Counted from the first letter of the stretch, positions 46,200 to 56,680 are shown. The stretch: DNA of 64,000 bases from an uncultured Acetatifactor sp. (GCA_910577235.1 CAJTMX010000005.1:2080-66079), one strand, 5' to 3'. Notes: generated by a model not told the origin, from the sequence alone. A program made the numbers and translations.

Positions 46200-48245
46200 A
46201 TGGATGACGGTACTTCCATTCTGGAATTAAAGGGGATAGGCGAGAAGTCCCGGCAAATGTTTGCCAGGGTAAATATCACAACGGTGGGGGAACTGCTGCG
46301 CTACTATCCCAGAGATTATGAGACTTTTCGGGAACCCACACCCATCGCCCAGACTAAAGCGGGGGAGGTCTGCGCCGTTCTCGCCACTGTGTGCGGTACT
46401 GTGAATGTGAAGAAGGTGAGGAGCCTGACCATATTGAACGTTCTGGTACGTGATTCTTCCGGAGGCATGCAGCTTACTTTTTTCAACATGCCGTTTCTGA
46501 AAAATGTGCTTAAGCCCGGCAGCAGCCATGTCTTCCGGGGCAGGGTACAGGCCAGGGGCCCTGCGATGGTCATGGAACAACCCCGGCTATACAAGCAGGA
46601 GGAGTACAACCGGTACTTGGCTTTCATCCAGCCCCGCTACGCGCTGACCAAGGGACTGACCAATCAGGCGCTGCAGAAAGCGGTGAAACAGGCGCTGACC
46701 TATTACGCCTTCGGAGCGGACCCTTATCCCCGGAAACTGCGTGAAGAGTACGATCTGATGGACCGCCGGGAGGCCATGCATAACATGCATTTTCCCGTCA
46801 GCTACGAAGAGCTGGTAAAGGCCCGGAGACGGGTGGTGTTTGAGGAATTTTTTTCCTTTCTATTTTTTCTTCGGGAAAACGAGGAACAGAGCAGACTGCT
46901 GGAAAATAAGTACCGCATGATAGAGACGGCGGACACCGGCAGGCTGCTGGAGCAGCTGCCCTACCGGCTCACGGGGGCGCAGCTGCGGGCTTGGAAGGAG
47001 ATCTGTCAGGACATGTGTTCCCCCTGGTGTATGAACCGTCTGGTGCAGGGGGATGTGGGCTCCGGCAAGACCATTATCGCGGTGCTGGCGCTGCTTTTGT
47101 GCGCTGCCAACGGCTATCAGGGAGCGCTGATGGCTCCCACGGAAGTGCTGGCAGCCCAACACTACGAGGGAGTATGCGAGTACGCGGAAAAATATCACGC
47201 CGCGCTAAAGCCCGTTCTGCTGGTGGGCAGTATGACAGCCCGGGAAAAACGGGAAGCCTACGAAAAGATCGCCTCGGGAGAGGTCAATCTGGTGGTGGGC
47301 ACCCATGCGGTCATCCAGGATAAGGTACATTTTCAGAAGCTGGCTCTGGTGGTCACGGACGAGCAGCACCGTTTCGGGGTGCGCCAGCGGGAGGTTTTGG
47401 CGGAGAAAGGCAAAAGTCCTCATGTGCTGGTCATGAGCGCCACACCCATACCCCGGACATTGGCAATCATTCTGTACGGGGATCTGCAGGTGTCCGTCAT
47501 TGACGAACTTCCGTCAGGCCGTCAGCCCATTAAAAACTGTGTGGTGGGTACTTCTTATCGTCCCCAGGCCTACCGTTTTATCGAGAAAGAGGTCCGCAGC
47601 GGCCGTCAGGCCTATGTGATCTGTCCCATGGTGGAGCAGGGGGAGATGGACGAGCTGGAGAACGTTATGGATTACGGGGAAAAGCTGCGGAGCGCGCTGC
47701 CCGGAGATATTCAGGTCGCCACACTCCACGGCAAGATGCGGCCCGGAGATAAAAACCGCATCATGGAAGAATATGCGGCGCACAATATTGATGTGCTGGT
47801 GTCCACCACCGTGATCGAGGTGGGGATCAATGTTCCCAATGCCACGGTGATGATGGTGGAAAACGCGGAGCGTTTCGGCCTGGCCCAGCTACATCAGCTC
47901 AGGGGCCGTGTGGGCAGAGGGGCCCATCAGAGCTACTGCATATTTATCAGCGCCCAGGACAATAAGGAGACCATGGAACGTTTGGAAATACTGAACCGCT
48001 CCAACGACGGTTTCTATATTGCATCGGAAGACCTGAAACTCCGGGGGCCGGGGGATCTATTCGGCGTCCGCCAGAGCGGAGAATTCGCTTTCCGCATGGG
48101 GGATATATACACCGACGCGGAAATACTGAAACAGGCCAGTCAGGCGGTGGAACAGGTCAGGTCGGCCCAGGGGGAAGAATACGGGCAGCTGCTGGAATAT
48201 CTGCGCGGTGAGAACCAGCTGCGGGTTGACTTTAGAACCATTTAA
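46200..48245 (+). CDS. recG: ATP-dependent DNA helicase RecG
   Basis: Wedge domain plus GDVGSGKT and DEQHRFG helicase motifs. Confidence 0.96.
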   Translation: MDDGTSILELKGIGEKSRQMFARVNITTVGELLRYYPRDYETFREPTPIAQTKAGEVCAVLATVCGTVNVKKVRSLTILNVLVRDSSGGMQLTFFNMPFLKNVLKPGSSHVFRGRVQARGPAMVMEQPRLYKQEEYNRYLAFIQPRYALTKGLTNQALQKAVKQALTYYAFGADPYPRKLREEYDLMDRREAMHNMHFPVSYEELVKARRRVVFEEFFSFLFFLRENEEQSRLLENKYRMIETADTGRLLEQLPYRLTGAQLRAWKEICQDMCSPWCMNRLVQGDVGSGKTIIAVLALLLCAANGYQGALMAPTEVLAAQHYEGVCEYAEKYHAALKPVLLVGSMTAREKREAYEKIASGEVNLVVGTHAVIQDKVHFQKLALVVTDEQHRFGVRQREVLAEKGKSPHVLVMSATPIPRTLAIILYGDLQVSVIDELPSGRQPIKNCVVGTSYRPQAYRFIEKEVRSGRQAYVICPMVEQGEMDELENVMDYGEKLRSALPGDIQVATLHGKMRPGDKNRIMEEYAAHNIDVLVSTTVIEVGINVPNATVMMVENAERFGLAQLHQLRGRVGRGAHQSYCIFISAQDNKETMERLEILNRSNDGFYIASEDLKLRGPGDLFGVRQSGEFAFRMGDIYTDAEILKQASQAVEQVRSAQGEEYGQLLEYLRGENQLRVDFRTI

Positions 48246-48292
48246 GAGTATACTTTTAGCAATATACTAACAATAATCACCCCAAGAGAGGA

Positions 48293-49174
48293 ATGGATAA
48301 ATCGATGTCAAAGGTTGCCGTTATTACAGATAGCAATAGTGGAATCACGCAGTCACAGGCGAAAGAGCTGGGGATCTATGTGTTGCCCATGCCTTTTTTC
48401 ATCAATGAGGAGACATATTTTGAGGATATCAGCCTAACCCAGGAGCAGTTCTATGAGATGCTTAAAGGAGGCGCCGATATTCACACCAGCCAGCCTTCAC
48501 CGGAGTCCGTGATGCAGTTGTGGGACGAGGTGCTCAAGGAGTATGACGAGATCGTTCATATCCCCATGAGCAGCGGTTTGTCCGGTTCCTGCCAGAGCGC
48601 CATCATGCTGGCCCAGGAATATGAGGGCAAGGTGCAGGTGGTAAACAATCAGCGCATTTCCGTGACCCAGAGGCAGTCGGCCCTGGACGCCAAACTGCTG
48701 GCCTCCAAAGGGATGAGCGCTCTGGAGATCAAAAACTTTTTGGAGGAAGACAAGTTCAACAGCAGTATCTATATCATGCTGGACACCCTGTATTATCTGA
48801 AAAAGGGAGGGCGAATCACCCCGGCCGCCGCGGCGCTGGGCACTTTGCTGAAACTAAAGCCGGTATTGCAGATCCAGGGAGAAAAGCTGGACGCCTTTGC
48901 CAAGGCCCGCACAACCAATCAGGGTAAGTCCGTTATGATAAACGCCATAAAGAACGATATAGAGAACCGTTTCGGAGGCATGACCGAGGACAGGCATATC
49001 TGGCTGCAGATCGCTCACACCGCCAATGAAGAGGCTGCAAAGGTGTACAGGGACGAGATACTGGCCCAGTTCCCCGGATACGATATCCATATCGATCCCC
49101 TGTCTCTGAGCGTGGCCTGTCACATCGGTCCCGGCGCGCTGGCTTTTGCATGCTGCAAAAAAATTGAGGTGTAA
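48293..49174 (+). CDS. DegV-family fatty-acid-binding protein
   Basis: KVAVITDSNSGIT N-terminus. ATG 48305 is an alternative start. Confidence 0.92.
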   Translation: MDKSMSKVAVITDSNSGITQSQAKELGIYVLPMPFFINEETYFEDISLTQEQFYEMLKGGADIHTSQPSPESVMQLWDEVLKEYDEIVHIPMSSGLSGSCQSAIMLAQEYEGKVQVVNNQRISVTQRQSALDAKLLASKGMSALEIKNFLEEDKFNSSIYIMLDTLYYLKKGGRITPAAAALGTLLKLKPVLQIQGEKLDAFAKARTTNQGKSVMINAIKNDIENRFGGMTEDRHIWLQIAHTANEEAAKVYRDEILAQFPGYDIHIDPLSLSVACHIGPGALAFACCKKIEV

Positions 49175-49176
49175 AG

Positions 49177-50073
49177 ATGCCGCTGTTATATGAAGTTCCG
49201 GAATATAAGAAAATAAGAGTTGTGGTTGATACCGACGCGGCCTGCGAGGCGGACGATCCGTTTGCCATTGCCCATGCGCTGATGAGCGGTAAATTGGAGG
49301 TCAGGGCGATCCTGGCGGAGCAGTTCGGAGGGCCGGAGACTACACGGAAAAGCTATGAGGAGATTATGAACATCGTACAGGCGATGGATATTTCCGTGCC
49401 CGTATATATGGGAGAGGAAGGCCGGTATTCGGACCGGAGGGATGAGATATCTCCGGCAGCCAGGTTTCTGATCGATGAAGCCCTGCGGGAGGATGAGAAA
49501 CCGTTGTTTGTACTCTGTCTGGGCGCGATCACCAATATAGCCACAGCGATGAGAGCATGTCCGGACATTGTAACCAGAATGACGGTGGTGTGGATAGGGG
49601 GACAGGATCTGGACCATTCCGATCCGTCTATCCGGGAATTCAACTCGGGCAACGATATAGACGCGGCCAATTATGTTATGTCCAGCGGCGTCAGTCTGTG
49701 GCTGATACCGATGAATGTGTACAGCACCATGCATATAGGGCTTGCGGAGATTCAGAGAAGAATATATCCCTGCGGGAAAATAGGAAAGCATCTGTTTGAA
49801 AATATGATCGGATACAATATGTCTGAATATGCGGGCTGGACGGCGGGAGAGAGCTGGTCTCTGGGAGATTCACCCGCAGTGGGCGTGGTTCTGGAACCGA
49901 ACTGCGGCCGGTATGTATATCGGGAGGCTCCTATATTTAACCAGGATACCACCTGCAGTTTTAAGGAGGGCCGCCCTGTGATACGCGTGTATACATCGGT
50001 CAACTCCAGATACATTTTGGAAGATTTTATGAGTAAACTTGAGCTGCTATACGGGAAAACGTTTGAGATGTAA
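49177..50073 (+). CDS. nucleoside-hydrolase-like protein
   Basis: N-terminal VVVDTDAACEADDPFAI resembles the IU-nucleoside hydrolase Asp cluster, but the spacing is not canonical. Confidence 0.75.
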   Translation: MPLLYEVPEYKKIRVVVDTDAACEADDPFAIAHALMSGKLEVRAILAEQFGGPETTRKSYEEIMNIVQAMDISVPVYMGEEGRYSDRRDEISPAARFLIDEALREDEKPLFVLCLGAITNIATAMRACPDIVTRMTVVWIGGQDLDHSDPSIREFNSGNDIDAANYVMSSGVSLWLIPMNVYSTMHIGLAEIQRRIYPCGKIGKHLFENMIGYNMSEYAGWTAGESWSLGDSPAVGVVLEPNCGRYVYREAPIFNQDTTCSFKEGRPVIRVYTSVNSRYILEDFMSKLELLYGKTFEM

Positions 50074-50305
50074 GCGGGATGCGATCGGTAACAGAGAACA
50101 GCAACTGCTCTCCGAATTACATAAGTTTCCGGAAAAAAGTCTATTGCAAGACTGTCCGGTTGCAAGGAAGTAATTTATATAGGCGGTACGGCCCTGATTT
50201 CGAGGGTTGTACCGTCTTGTTGCGTTACAATGATCTTGCCCCACACATTCTGCTCCTAACACTTCATCGCGGATAAAGAGAGCCGTACAGCTTGCTCTAA
50301 ATCTA

Positions 50306-50353
50306 TTGACTTTTAGAACATTGTTCAATATAATGTAGTTGAACAATGTTCAA
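50306..50353 (+). promoter_or_regulatory. consensus promoter with two TetR-type operator palindromes
   Basis: TTGACT, 17-bp spacer, TATAAT. GAACATTGTTC (50316-50326) lies in the spacer and TTGAACAATGTTCAA (50339-50353) lies just downstream. Confidence 0.65.
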
Positions 50354-50365
50354 GGAGGGCTTGAT

Positions 50366-50950
50366 ATGGACAGAAACGCGAATGTAAAAAATCGCATTAT
50401 TGAAGTAACAATCGAATTGATTGAACAGTACAACGGTAACTTAAAAGATATTACTGCCCGTATGATAGCGGCGAAAGCAAACGTTGGATTAGGCTTAATC
50501 AACTATCACTTTGGGAGTAAAGAAAAATTGATAACGGAATGTGTGCAGCGCATTATCGGAAAAGTAGTTACTGAATTTCAGATGACAAAACAATATGAAA
50601 CAGATAAAGAACGCTTAACTACTTGCGCTTCCTGTGTTTTTGATTTTCTATTTGAACATTCTGCAATTTCGCGTGTTTCTATTTTGGGTGATTTGCAAAA
50701 TTATACGAATAATTGTAATTCTGTGCTTACTCAACAGGGCTTTTCGCTGTCTTTCAAGAATGATATATCTCAAGAGGATAAATCCATGTTTGTATTTATT
50801 CTCACTGCCGCAATGCAGACAGCATTTTTAGGAAGTGAAACAGTCAAACAATTGCTTGGTTATGATTTTACGAAAACCGAGGATAGAACCGCATATATTG
50901 GTAAATTAGTCGCTATTCTCTTTGAAGGGATGGTGCAGATTAATGAATAA
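50366..50950 (+). CDS. TetR/AcrR-family transcriptional regulator
   Basis: N-terminal HTH (ITARMIAAKANVGLGLINYHFGSKEKL). The gene is AT-rich. Confidence 0.85.
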   Translation: MDRNANVKNRIIEVTIELIEQYNGNLKDITARMIAAKANVGLGLINYHFGSKEKLITECVQRIIGKVVTEFQMTKQYETDKERLTTCASCVFDFLFEHSAISRVSILGDLQNYTNNCNSVLTQQGFSLSFKNDISQEDKSMFVFILTAAMQTAFLGSETVKQLLGYDFTKTEDRTAYIGKLVAILFEGMVQINE

Positions 50951-51542
50951 GAAAATAGGGGTGTATGGCTCTGCCGTTAATTTCATTGCGGTACTCTGCT
51001 TTGCTCTGTCTATGTTATTTGGCTTTGATTATGGCAGTTACTTTTGTTCAATGTTCATTGCGTTTAGTTTTGTACCAATGATGTGCGGATATGCTTACTT
51101 TTCCGAAAAGAATGTTAAATTATCGGGCTATGTTTCAGTGGCATTTGCCACTGTATACGCAGCTATCATTCTATTGGTATATTTTGCACAGCTAACAACT
51201 GTCCGGCTGAATCATTTAACACAACAAGCCACTGTACTTCTTGATTTTCAGCAATGCGGACTGCTATTTAACTATGACTTATTAGGTTATGCAGTCATGT
51301 CATTAGCCACATTCTTTGCCGGATTGACGGTAAAACCGCAGTTACAAATAGACAAGTGGCTGAAATATCTGCTCATGGTACATGGAGCGTTTTTTATCTC
51401 CTGTTTATTATTTCCTATGCTTGGGATATTCAAAGCGGACAGTCCGGCGTGGATAGGTGTGGCGATATTAGAATTTTGGTGTTTACTTTTTTGCCCTATT
51501 AGTATTTTGTCTTTTTTGCATTTTTCTAAGTGCCAGGAATGA
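50943..51542 (+). CDS. hypothetical polytopic membrane protein (start overlaps the TetR stop)
   Basis: About 6 TM helices. The ATG overlaps the TetR gene end by 8 bp. Same AT-rich composition as the TetR gene. Confidence 0.7.
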   Translation: MNKKIGVYGSAVNFIAVLCFALSMLFGFDYGSYFCSMFIAFSFVPMMCGYAYFSEKNVKLSGYVSVAFATVYAAIILLVYFAQLTTVRLNHLTQQATVLLDFQQCGLLFNYDLLGYAVMSLATFFAGLTVKPQLQIDKWLKYLLMVHGAFFISCLLFPMLGIFKADSPAWIGVAILEFWCLLFCPISILSFLHFSKCQE

Positions 51543-51561
51543 GGTCAGCAGTATAAAACAG

Positions 51562-51592
51562 AATGTGTACGATTCTCTGTACCGTACACATT
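51562..51592 (+). terminator. hairpin after the membrane-protein gene (weak U tract)
   Basis: AATGTGTACG, 11-nt loop, CGTACACATT: a perfect 10-bp stem. Confidence 0.45.
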
Positions 51593-51804
51593 TGTGCTTG
51601 CAGGATTTCCTGCATATATAAATATACTGGCGCAAGGAATAGTAGTTTTCCCTTTCCCTGACACAAAATGTATGTTATAATATGTGTGGATAAAAAACGG
51701 TAAATGACTGAAAAAATGCACAATTTGACAGAGAAGAGAGAAATTTGGATGTCGTGCATTCAAATTTGATCTTTGCTATATTGTAGATGTGGCAATACTT
51801 GGCT

Positions 51805-51861
51805 TGTAAATTTGTAGCTGATTTGTAAATTTGTAGCTGATTTGGCAACTTGTAGTTGATT
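51805..51861 (+). repeat. tandem array, three 19-bp units
   Basis: TGTAAATTTGTAGCTGATT x2 and TGGCAACTTGTAGTTGATT, running directly into leader element copy 3. Confidence 0.88.
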
Positions 51862-51890
51862 AGACGGCTACAGGTATGCGGGAGGATATT
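51852..51890 (+). promoter_or_regulatory. conserved leader element copy 3
   Basis: Hairpin GTAGTTG-ATTAGA-CGGCTAC (two G-U pairs), invariant 16-mer at 51868-51883, then GGA and ATG 51891. Confidence 0.75.
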
Positions 51891-53819
51891 ATGGCAAAAG
51901 CAAATAATTACGGAGCAGACAGTATAACGGTGTTGGAGGGACTGGAGGCGGTGCGCAAGCGTCCGGGCATGTATATTGGCAGTGTGTCCACCAAGGGCCT
52001 GAACCATCTGATCTATGAGATCGTGGACAATTCCGTGGACGAACATCTGGCGGGGTATTGCGATACGATCAATGTGACTTTGGAGGCGGACGGCTCCGCC
52101 ACCGTCAGCGATAACGGAAGAGGTATTCCGGTGGGGATGCATGAGAAAGGTATCAGCGCCGAGCGGTTGGTATTTACCACGCTGCACGCAGGAGGAAAAT
52201 TCGACAACAACGCCTACAAGACCAGCGGCGGACTGCACGGCGTGGGTTCCTCGGTGGTCAACGCTCTGTCCAACAGGCTGACCGTCACCGTCAAGGTGGG
52301 AGGTTGTGTCTATCAGGATCAATATGAAAAGGGTCTTCCGGTGACAGAGCTGGAGAACGGTCTGTTGCCGATCATAGGCAAGACCAGAGAAACGGGAACC
52401 ACGATCAACTTCTTGCCGGACGATACGATCTTTGACAAGACCCGTTTTAAGGAGGATGAGGTAAAGAGCCGCCTCCATGAGACAGCTTATCTGAATCCGG
52501 AACTGACCATCGTATTTGAGGACAAGCGAAAAGAGGAGCCGGAGCGCATCGTCTTCCATGAACCGGAGGGGATCACGGGATTTATACGGGACATGAACAA
52601 GGGGGACGAACCGGTTCATGAATGTATTTATTTCAAGGGGGAGGCAGAGGACATTGTAGTGGAAGTGGCTTTCCAGTATGTGAACGAGTTTCATGAGAAT
52701 GTGCTGGGATTCTGTAACAATATCTACAACTCTGAGGGAGGCACGCATCTGACGGGTTTCAAGACACAATTTACCAATGTGATCAATACTTATGCCCGGG
52801 AACTGGGTATCCTCAAGGAAAAGGATGTGAATTTTACCGGCGCGGATGTGCGCAACGGTATGACGGCGGTGGTGTCTATCAAGCATCCCGATCCCCGTTT
52901 TGAAGGACAGACCAAGACCAAGCTGGACAATCAGGACGCGGCCAAGGTGGTGGCCAAGATCACCGGGGAGGAGATCGTCCATTATTTTGACCGTAATCTG
53001 GAAGTGCTGAAGAATATCATCGGCTGTGCCGAGAAGGCGGCCAAGATCCGCAAGACGGAGGAGAAGGCAAGGACCAATATGCTGACCAAGCAGAAGTTTT
53101 CCTTTGATTCCAACGGGAAACTGGCTAACTGCGAGTCCAAGGACCCTTCCAGATGCGAGATATTCATTGTGGAGGGCGACTCTGCGGGAGGCAGTGCCAA
53201 GACGGCCCGGGACCGCAGCTTTCAGGCGATACTGCCAATCCGGGGCAAGATTCTGAATGTGGAGAAAGCCAGCATCGATAAGGTACTTGCCAACGCGGAG
53301 ATCAAGACCATGATCAACGCTTTCGGATGTGGATTTTCGGAGGGGTACGGTAACGATTTTGATATTTCCAAGCTGCGCTATGACAAGATCATTATTATGA
53401 CGGATGCGGATGTGGACGGTTCCCATATCTCCATGTTGCTGCTGACGCTGTTTTACCGTTTTATGCCGGAGCTGATCTATGAGGGGCATGTGTATCTGGC
53501 TATGCCGCCGCTGTACAAGGCTATGCCTTCCAAGGGGAAGGAAGAGTATCTTTATGACGACAAGGCTTTGGAGAGGTATCGCAAGAGCCATAAGGGGCCT
53601 TTTACGTTGCAGAGATACAAGGGACTGGGGGAGATGGATGCCCAACAGCTGTGGGAGACTACGCTGGACCCGGCTACGCGGATGATGAAGCGGGTGGAGA
53701 TCGAGGACGCCAGGTTGGCCACGGATCTTACCAGCACGCTGATGGGGACGGATGTTCCGCCCCGGAAGGCGTTTATTTATGAGCATGCTACGGATGCGGA
53801 GCTGGATTATAATGCTTGA
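51891..53819 (+). CDS. type IIA topoisomerase B subunit (GyrB/ParE family)
   Basis: [31 protein letters not shown] and [10 protein letters not shown] motifs. Whether it is GyrB or ParE cannot be decided from this gene alone. Confidence 0.93.
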   Translation: MAKANNYGADSITVLEGLEAVRKRPGMYIGSVSTKGLNHLIYEIVDNSVDEHLAGYCDTINVTLEADGSATVSDNGRGIPVGMHEKGISAERLVFTTLHAGGKFDNNAYKTSGGLHGVGSSVVNALSNRLTVTVKVGGCVYQDQYEKGLPVTELENGLLPIIGKTRETGTTINFLPDDTIFDKTRFKEDEVKSRLHETAYLNPELTIVFEDKRKEEPERIVFHEPEGITGFIRDMNKGDEPVHECIYFKGEAEDIVVEVAFQYVNEFHENVLGFCNNIYNSEGGTHLTGFKTQFTNVINTYARELGILKEKDVNFTGADVRNGMTAVVSIKHPDPRFEGQTKTKLDNQDAAKVVAKITGEEIVHYFDRNLEVLKNIIGCAEKAAKIRKTEEKARTNMLTKQKFSFDSNGKLANCESKDPSRCEIFIVEGDSAGGSAKTARDRSFQAILPIRGKILNVEKASIDKVLANAEIKTMINAFGCGFSEGYGNDFDISKLRYDKIIIMTDADVDGSHISMLLLTLFYRFMPELIYEGHVYLAMPPLYKAMPSKGKEEYLYDDKALERYRKSHKGPFTLQRYKGLGEMDAQQLWETTLDPATRMMKRVEIEDARLATDLTSTLMGTDVPPRKAFIYEHATDAELDYNA

Positions 53820-53959
53820 TGTACCTTCTGGGGTACAGAGGTCTCGCCCCGGGTGGGGATATGCCCTTGCTGTGGCACGCTCTCGCCCGGTGTTCACCGT
53901 AACGGGACGGAGGCGGGTACAACAAAGACTGAAATTGTAGAGACGGGAGGGGCAGTGCG

Positions 53960-55294
53960 ATGGCGTCCAGGATCATGCATTTGGCGATAACGGATATTCT
54001 GGCCGGGAGATACGCTTTTCGGGATATAAACCGTCTGAAGATAGGCGCGACGCTGCCGGACGCGTCCGCGCCGGGGCAAAACACGGAGAGGAGCCATCTG
54101 AAGATCCGAATCCGCGGCCTGACGCAGAAGACCTATGACCTCACCCGGTACAGAAAGGAATACGGGGAAAAGATGCGGGAGGATGACCTGTATCTGGGCT
54201 ATTATCTGCATCTGGTGCAGGATCTTCTGTTCCGCTATTTTATGTATGAAATGCACCGCTGGGATTCCAAGGCTCCTGGAAATGTGGACAGACTTCACAA
54301 TGATTATGCGCTGATCAATACCTATGTGATCGGGAAATATCAGTTGCGGGATGATATTGTGATCCCGCAGGATTTTGCAAAAGAGCCGATCCATGCGCTC
54401 TATCCTTTCGGATATGAGAGCTTTTATGAGGAGTTGAAAGGAGATTATGAACCCTATCGGGAAGGTAGCCTGTTCTTTTTTACGCAGCAGAAAGCGGATG
54501 AATTTATCGGGATGGCTGTGGGATTCTGTATGAGAGAGCTGGATGCGCTATCCCAGGGACAGCCAGGTATGGACGAGTATCAGTGGGGATGGAAACCGGC
54601 CCGGGATGCCGTTGCCCACAGTCTCCTGCACACCACTTTAAATACCAGGGAGCTGGGTGGGTACAGGACCAGAGGGCGGTACACCCATATGGACGCCGTC
54701 TGGCGAAGCGATGTGCAGAGATATCCGGACCAGGGGGATCTTGCCCTTTTGCGGGAGCATCATATCACTACGGTCATAGATCTGCGGGGTGAGGGGGATA
54801 TTCTGCGCGCGCCCAGCGGATTTGAGGGCGCGGCGGATTTTGCGTACTGCCATGTGCCCATTGACGAGGGGAGCGGCATACCGGAGAGCCGGGAGGCGGT
54901 TCCCGGCAGTTATATGGCCATTGCTATGGCAAAGAATATGCCGCGGGTCTTTAAGAAGATAGCTGACGCTCCGGACGGGGTGATGATCAATTGCACGGCG
55001 GGGAAAGACCGAACAGGGGTGGTCAGCGCCCTCCTGCTGAAACTTTGCGGGGTCAGCGAGGAGGATATCGTGTACGATTATCTGCTGACAAGGGAGTGCA
55101 ATCAGAAACGTTTTGAACTGATCCGTCAAAATTATCCCGAGGTGGATATGGGCATCATCATACCGGATGAGAGCTATATGAGAGAGTTTCTCAGGCTCTT
55201 TAAGGAGCGGTTTGGGTCGGTGGAGAATTATTTTGAGGATCGGGGTGTGACGGTGGAAGAGACGGCGCGGATCAGGAGGAAAATGTTGGGATGA
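53960..55294 (+). CDS. fusion protein: N-terminal His/Asp-rich domain (phospholipase-C-like?) + C-terminal tyrosine-phosphatase-family domain
   Basis: CX5R P-loop NCTAGKDRTG in the C-terminal half. The N-terminal assignment is weak (IMHLAITD..., YYLHLVQD). Confidence 0.72.
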   Translation: MASRIMHLAITDILAGRYAFRDINRLKIGATLPDASAPGQNTERSHLKIRIRGLTQKTYDLTRYRKEYGEKMREDDLYLGYYLHLVQDLLFRYFMYEMHRWDSKAPGNVDRLHNDYALINTYVIGKYQLRDDIVIPQDFAKEPIHALYPFGYESFYEELKGDYEPYREGSLFFFTQQKADEFIGMAVGFCMRELDALSQGQPGMDEYQWGWKPARDAVAHSLLHTTLNTRELGGYRTRGRYTHMDAVWRSDVQRYPDQGDLALLREHHITTVIDLRGEGDILRAPSGFEGAADFAYCHVPIDEGSGIPESREAVPGSYMAIAMAKNMPRVFKKIADAPDGVMINCTAGKDRTGVVSALLLKLCGVSEEDIVYDYLLTRECNQKRFELIRQNYPEVDMGIIIPDESYMREFLRLFKERFGSVENYFEDRGVTVEETARIRRKMLG

Positions 55295-55950
55295 CAAACA
55301 ATCCGTGGGAATCCATAGAACTTTCCGATTATGAGAGCCATATGAAACTGCATACGGTAAGGCAGCTCCAGGTCCTTAACGGGATGATGAGGGAGCAGTT
55401 ATCGGCCTGGCCTGTTCATAGCGTTATGATCCTGGGGATTGCGGGCGGCAATGGGCTGGAACATGTAAACCGGGAGAGATACAGAGCGGTTTACGGCGTA
55501 GATGTGAATGGGGTGTATCTGCGGGAGGTTCAGAAAAGGTATCCGGAACTTGAGGATATTTTACACTGCCTCTGTCTTGACCTGCGGACAGAAAGCGCCG
55601 GATTGCCCCCGGCGGAGCTGCTGATCGCCAATCTGCTGGTGGAATATATCGGGTATGACTGCTTTCAGAAGGTGCTTGCAATAGTAAAGCCGAAGTATGT
55701 TTCCTGCGGTATTCAACTGGATACCGGGGAGACGTTTGTCTCCGATTCCCCGTATCTTCATGCCTTTGACGGACTCGATGATATTCACAGCCGGATAGAT
55801 GCCGCAGAACTCACCGGGTATGTGCGCGGGGCCGGATATACCTGTCTGGGCACCAAGGAGTATCCCCTGCCCAATGGAAAAAAGTTGTTGCGGGTTGATT
55901 TTAAGACAGGAAAAGAGTCAGGCAGTTGCAGCGCCATTCATAACATTTAG
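55291..55950 (+). CDS. class I SAM-dependent methyltransferase
   Basis: Motif I ILGIAGGNGLE. ATGA start/stop overlap with the upstream gene. Confidence 0.8.
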   Translation: MTNNPWESIELSDYESHMKLHTVRQLQVLNGMMREQLSAWPVHSVMILGIAGGNGLEHVNRERYRAVYGVDVNGVYLREVQKRYPELEDILHCLCLDLRTESAGLPPAELLIANLLVEYIGYDCFQKVLAIVKPKYVSCGIQLDTGETFVSDSPYLHAFDGLDDIHSRIDAAELTGYVRGAGYTCLGTKEYPLPNGKKLLRVDFKTGKESGSCSAIHNI

Positions 55951-55960
55951 CTTTTTCCGT

Positions 55961-55989
55961 TTGTGAACAGGTTGCGCATGTGTTATAAT
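55961..55989 (+). promoter_or_regulatory. putative sigma-A promoter of the isochorismatase-family gene
   Basis: TTGTGA, 17-bp spacer, TATAAT. Confidence 0.55.
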
Positions 55990-56013
55990 CAATATGTTTG
56001 GAGGGGATGGAGA

Positions 56014-56544
56014 ATGGTATTGTTGGTGATCGATACTCAAAAGGGAATAACAGACGAGAGATTATATTCGTTTGAAAGGTTTAAAAGCAATATTTGCCTG
56101 CTGATCTCCGAGGCCAGGGCAAACGGCGTGGAGGTCGTATATGTCAGACACGACGACGGTCCCGGCACGGGTTTTTCCGTAGGAGATGAAGAGTTTGAGA
56201 TATATGAGGAATTTGTGCCCACAGGAGACGAGCGTATTTTTAATAAGACGGTAAACAGCGCTCTGCACAGTTCCACGGGTCTGGCGGCTTATCTGGCAGA
56301 AAGGAATGTTAGACAGCTCATGATCGTGGGCCTTCAGACCAACTTCTGTATAGATGCCACGATAAAGAGCGGGTTTGATCTTGGCTATGAGATATTGGTG
56401 CCGGAGTATGCCAACTCTACCTTTGACAACGACTATATGAAAAGCGATGTGTGCTATCGCTACTACAATGAATTTATCTGGCCCCGGAGATACGCGCAAT
56501 GTATTACCATGGAGGAGGCGGTAGAAAAGCTCAGAAGAAGATAG
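56014..56544 (+). CDS. isochorismatase-family cysteine hydrolase
   Basis: LLVIDTQKG N-terminus and catalytic Cys context GLQTNFCIDAT. Confidence 0.87.
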   Translation: MVLLVIDTQKGITDERLYSFERFKSNICLLISEARANGVEVVYVRHDDGPGTGFSVGDEEFEIYEEFVPTGDERIFNKTVNSALHSSTGLAAYLAERNVRQLMIVGLQTNFCIDATIKSGFDLGYEILVPEYANSTFDNDYMKSDVCYRYYNEFIWPRRYAQCITMEEAVEKLRRR

Positions 56545-56680
56545 CCTGTCTTATAGTGCGGTATGATGTGATCTTATTGAATGATCCGCCGACACGGCAT
56601 TGCGCCAGATCAAGGACAGACGCGGAGGGGGATTTGCTCCGCATCTATCCGTTTCTTTATATTTCAGAAAAGGAGAAAAT

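Noticed and set aside
50186-50225. A tRNA-like 3' fragment (GGCGGTACGGCCCTGATTTCGAGGGTTGTACCGTC) as a possible island attachment site.
   Set aside because: There is no T-loop consensus (GTTCRANYC) and no acceptor/CCA geometry. It is just a short stem-loop.
51543-51890. The AT-rich spacer with a perfect DnaA box next to a gyrB-like gene as a replication origin.
   Set aside because: Only one perfect box was found, with no box cluster. There is no dnaA or dnaN, and no recognisable AT-rich 13-mer unwinding repeats.
51675-53897. 740-aa minus-strand ORF.
   Set aside because: It is antisense to the GyrB/ParE-family gene, so it is a shadow ORF. The minus ORFs at 10300-11481 and 21276-22742 are rejected for the same reason.
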